A stretch of 64,000 nucleotides of DNA from Chiloscyllium plagiosum (taxonomy: Eukaryota). Where the stretch lies: assembly GCF_004010195.1 (NCBI RefSeq), contig NC_057719.1, positions 59,444,446 through 59,508,445 on the forward strand. Reading direction: 5' to 3'. Positions 61,595 through 64,000 of this stretch are shown piece after piece. Position 1 is the stretch's first letter, and the number at the start of each line of letters is the position of its first letter. The translations under genes and the position numbers were made by a program. The notes under the pieces were generated by a model. It did no database searches. It was given only the letters and a program-made list of their open reading frames with translations, and was not told the origin of the DNA.

Positions 61595-64000
61595 CTTTTA
61601 TAGATATTTTTATTGAAAATTTAACATTTTTACAAGTTTACAAATAAAAAACCCCAAGTATAAACATTGATATACAATTGAATCTTAAATAAATAATAAC
61701 CAAAATTTATCAAACAGAAAAAAGAGATACCAAGAGAGGATAAAAAAACAAAACTCAACTAACTACCTATCTAACCTACAACTAACCAGAGTGTATAATT
61801 AAATCTCTCACATTATTCAGGGAAGAATAAAAAACCGACGAATAACACAGAAATTGGGTAGTGAGATACATGCTCGGAATGTGTTAACATCAAGTCATAA
61901 CAAAACCCGTATTCATGCGGGATTCCTCTCCCAAGGGGCCCCGGACCAGCCAGGTTCACCATCTCATTTAAATAAAAGTCCTTATTAGGTCAAAATATCT
62001 ATTTATGTAATTCAAGAAGGGCTGCCATATTTTATGGAATAATTCGGTCTTTTGGTGTACCATATTTGTAAGGAAGTCAAGGGGAATACATTCCATAATT
62101 AATCTGTGCCAATTTGAAAGTCCGGGGGGCCCTCGGCCACCCAGTTTACCAAAATATTTTTCCTTGCACAGAAAGAGAGAATAGAAAATAATCTCTTCCC
62201 GTGCATATCCAGGGAGGGTAAGTTCGAAAAGCCCAAAAGGAGAGATACAGAGTCCACTCTAATTTCCGTTCCTAAGATTTCTGTCAGAGCACTTGCTACT
62301 TTAGTCCAATATCTACGGATCTTATGACGGTCCATAAGCAATGTACAAACCTCTATTTTACATTTTGGGGCACATTGGAGATGCTCCTGCCTTAAATTTT
62401 GCCAATCGGTCCGGTGCTATATGGGCCCTATGAAGTATCTTCAACTGAATGACCTGAGTTCTGTTGCAGATGGAGATTTTTCTGGCGTTTTCCCAAATGT
62501 CATTCCACATTTCTAGAGATTTCCAGTCCCAAATCCTGATCCCATGTTTTAAGCAGATTGTCCATATCTCCCAATATTTCATCATGTAATAAATGAAAAA
62601 TTGTGCTGATCGAAGATACCCCCATTGGCCATACCAGACTATGTTCTCTATCTGATTTATAAAGGCTATCTAATAGCGTAGTTGTCTTCTGTATGTAATC
62701 TCTAATTTGGAAGTTTTGAAAGAGATCACCATTAGGTAATCCAAATTTCTGGTGCAGCTGTTCAAAAGACATCAGGATCCCTTCTTTAAACAGATCCCCT
62801 AAACAGGAGATACCCCTGGATCTCCAGACTTTATAAATGGCATCTGTAAGCCCTGGTTGAAATCCCCATGCTCCCACTATCAGAGCAAAGGGGGATGTTT
62901 TGAGTTGCCCTTATTTGCCGCATTATATTCTAAGCTTTAATTGTATTTAGTATTATAGGGATTTGACATTGATCTGGGATGCTTTTCCTCTTGTCTGAAA
63001 ACAAGAGGTTAATAAGTGGGCATTTTACTTGAGAAGCCTCGATGTCCAGCCAGATTGGGTCTTGTCTGACCCATGATCAATCGGCTATGTAGCTTAATAG
63101 GGAACTTAACTGATATTTCCTTAAATCTGGGAAATCCAATCCTCCCCTTGCCTGTGGAAGCTGTAGCTTCAGCTTAATGAGGGGCCATCTATGATTCCAG
63201 ATAAAGGAACCCAACCAGCCATATAATTTACATTGTGCCAGCCTTGGCAGCATCACCAGAAGCATTCTCATAGGGTATAGGAGTCGGGGCAGGACATTCA
63301 TTTTAATTAGTGCTATTCTATCTTAGCCAGGAAATTGTAAGGTCTCCCCATTGCTGGAGGTCCTGCTTTATCCTTTCCAGTAAATGCACAAAGTTAGCCT
63401 TGTGTAACTGACCAAATACTGGGGTAATAAAAATGCCTAAATATAAGAAACCCTCCAGCGACCGCCGAAAGGGAAAGTGTGCTCCGTCCAATAAGTGGGG
63501 TATCATAGCAAGGCCACCTATTGGCATAGCCTCCGATTTTGAGAAATTAATTTTATAGCCTGAAAATACACTAAATGTATTAATAACTTGGATTAAGCGA
63601 GACACGGACATCAGGGGAATTACTGAAATAGAAGAACATCATCTGCACAAAGGGTAATTTTATGTTTACCTGTACCAATCCTCGGGGCTGTTATATTAGG
63701 GTCAGGCCGTATAGCTTCTGCTAGTGGCTCAATTATTAGCGTAAATAGCAATGGCGAGAGAGGACATCCCTGACTGCAGCCCCTATCCACACTGAAGCTA
63801 TCCGAGCCTTATCCATTGGTAATCATAACTGCTTTGGGATCACTATACAGTGTTGAAACCCATTTGGTAAACACCTTTCCAACGCCAAACCTTTCCAATG
63901 TGTAAAACAAATATGACCGTTCAACCCTGTCAAATGCCTTTTCCGCATTTAATGAGTCTACTAGTCCTGGTATCTTTCCCTGATGGCAGGCTTGAATCAT
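61595..64000 (-). mobile_element. L1-clade LINE, 3' half of ORF2 plus 3' UTR, antisense in BAZ1A intron 24
   Basis: AEKAFDRVE, QGCPLSPLLF, SGYKINFSKSEAMP, MNVLPRLLYP, QLKILHRAH..CPK cysteine-rich end; AATAAA and A-rich end on the minus strand near 61600; frameshifted. Confidence 0.85.

Overview
Eukaryotic (vertebrate) genomic DNA, most likely an elasmobranch/shark, judged from HE1/V-SINE copies with (AATCT)n tails, CR1/HER1-type LINEs and the Penelope-like repeat families. Bases 1-13.7 kb are a nested retroelement graveyard (CR1, RTE, Gypsy LTR, Penelope-like elements, SINEs, one N gap). A CpG-island, TATA-less promoter (~13.9-15.7 kb) with a helically phased CCAAT array and CRE sites drives BAZ1A/ACF1 on the + strand. 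I traced one non-coding and 23 coding exons (14943-59912; 4046 coding nt, one continuous frame, all GT-AG) covering WAC, DDT, WHIM/WSD and PHD; the bromodomain exons lie beyond the window. The most striking hidden layer is a set of minimal hammerhead-ribozyme motifs (CUGANGA-stem II-GAAA-[C/U]GUH) in the termini of several Penelope-like families: one intact copy (10646-10685, minus), one split by a SINE in its stem II loop, and short non-coding fold-back elements with back-to-back hammerheads inside BAZ1A introns. All annotation is by eye; repeat boundaries are approximate, and comparisons with other species are from memory, not from alignments.
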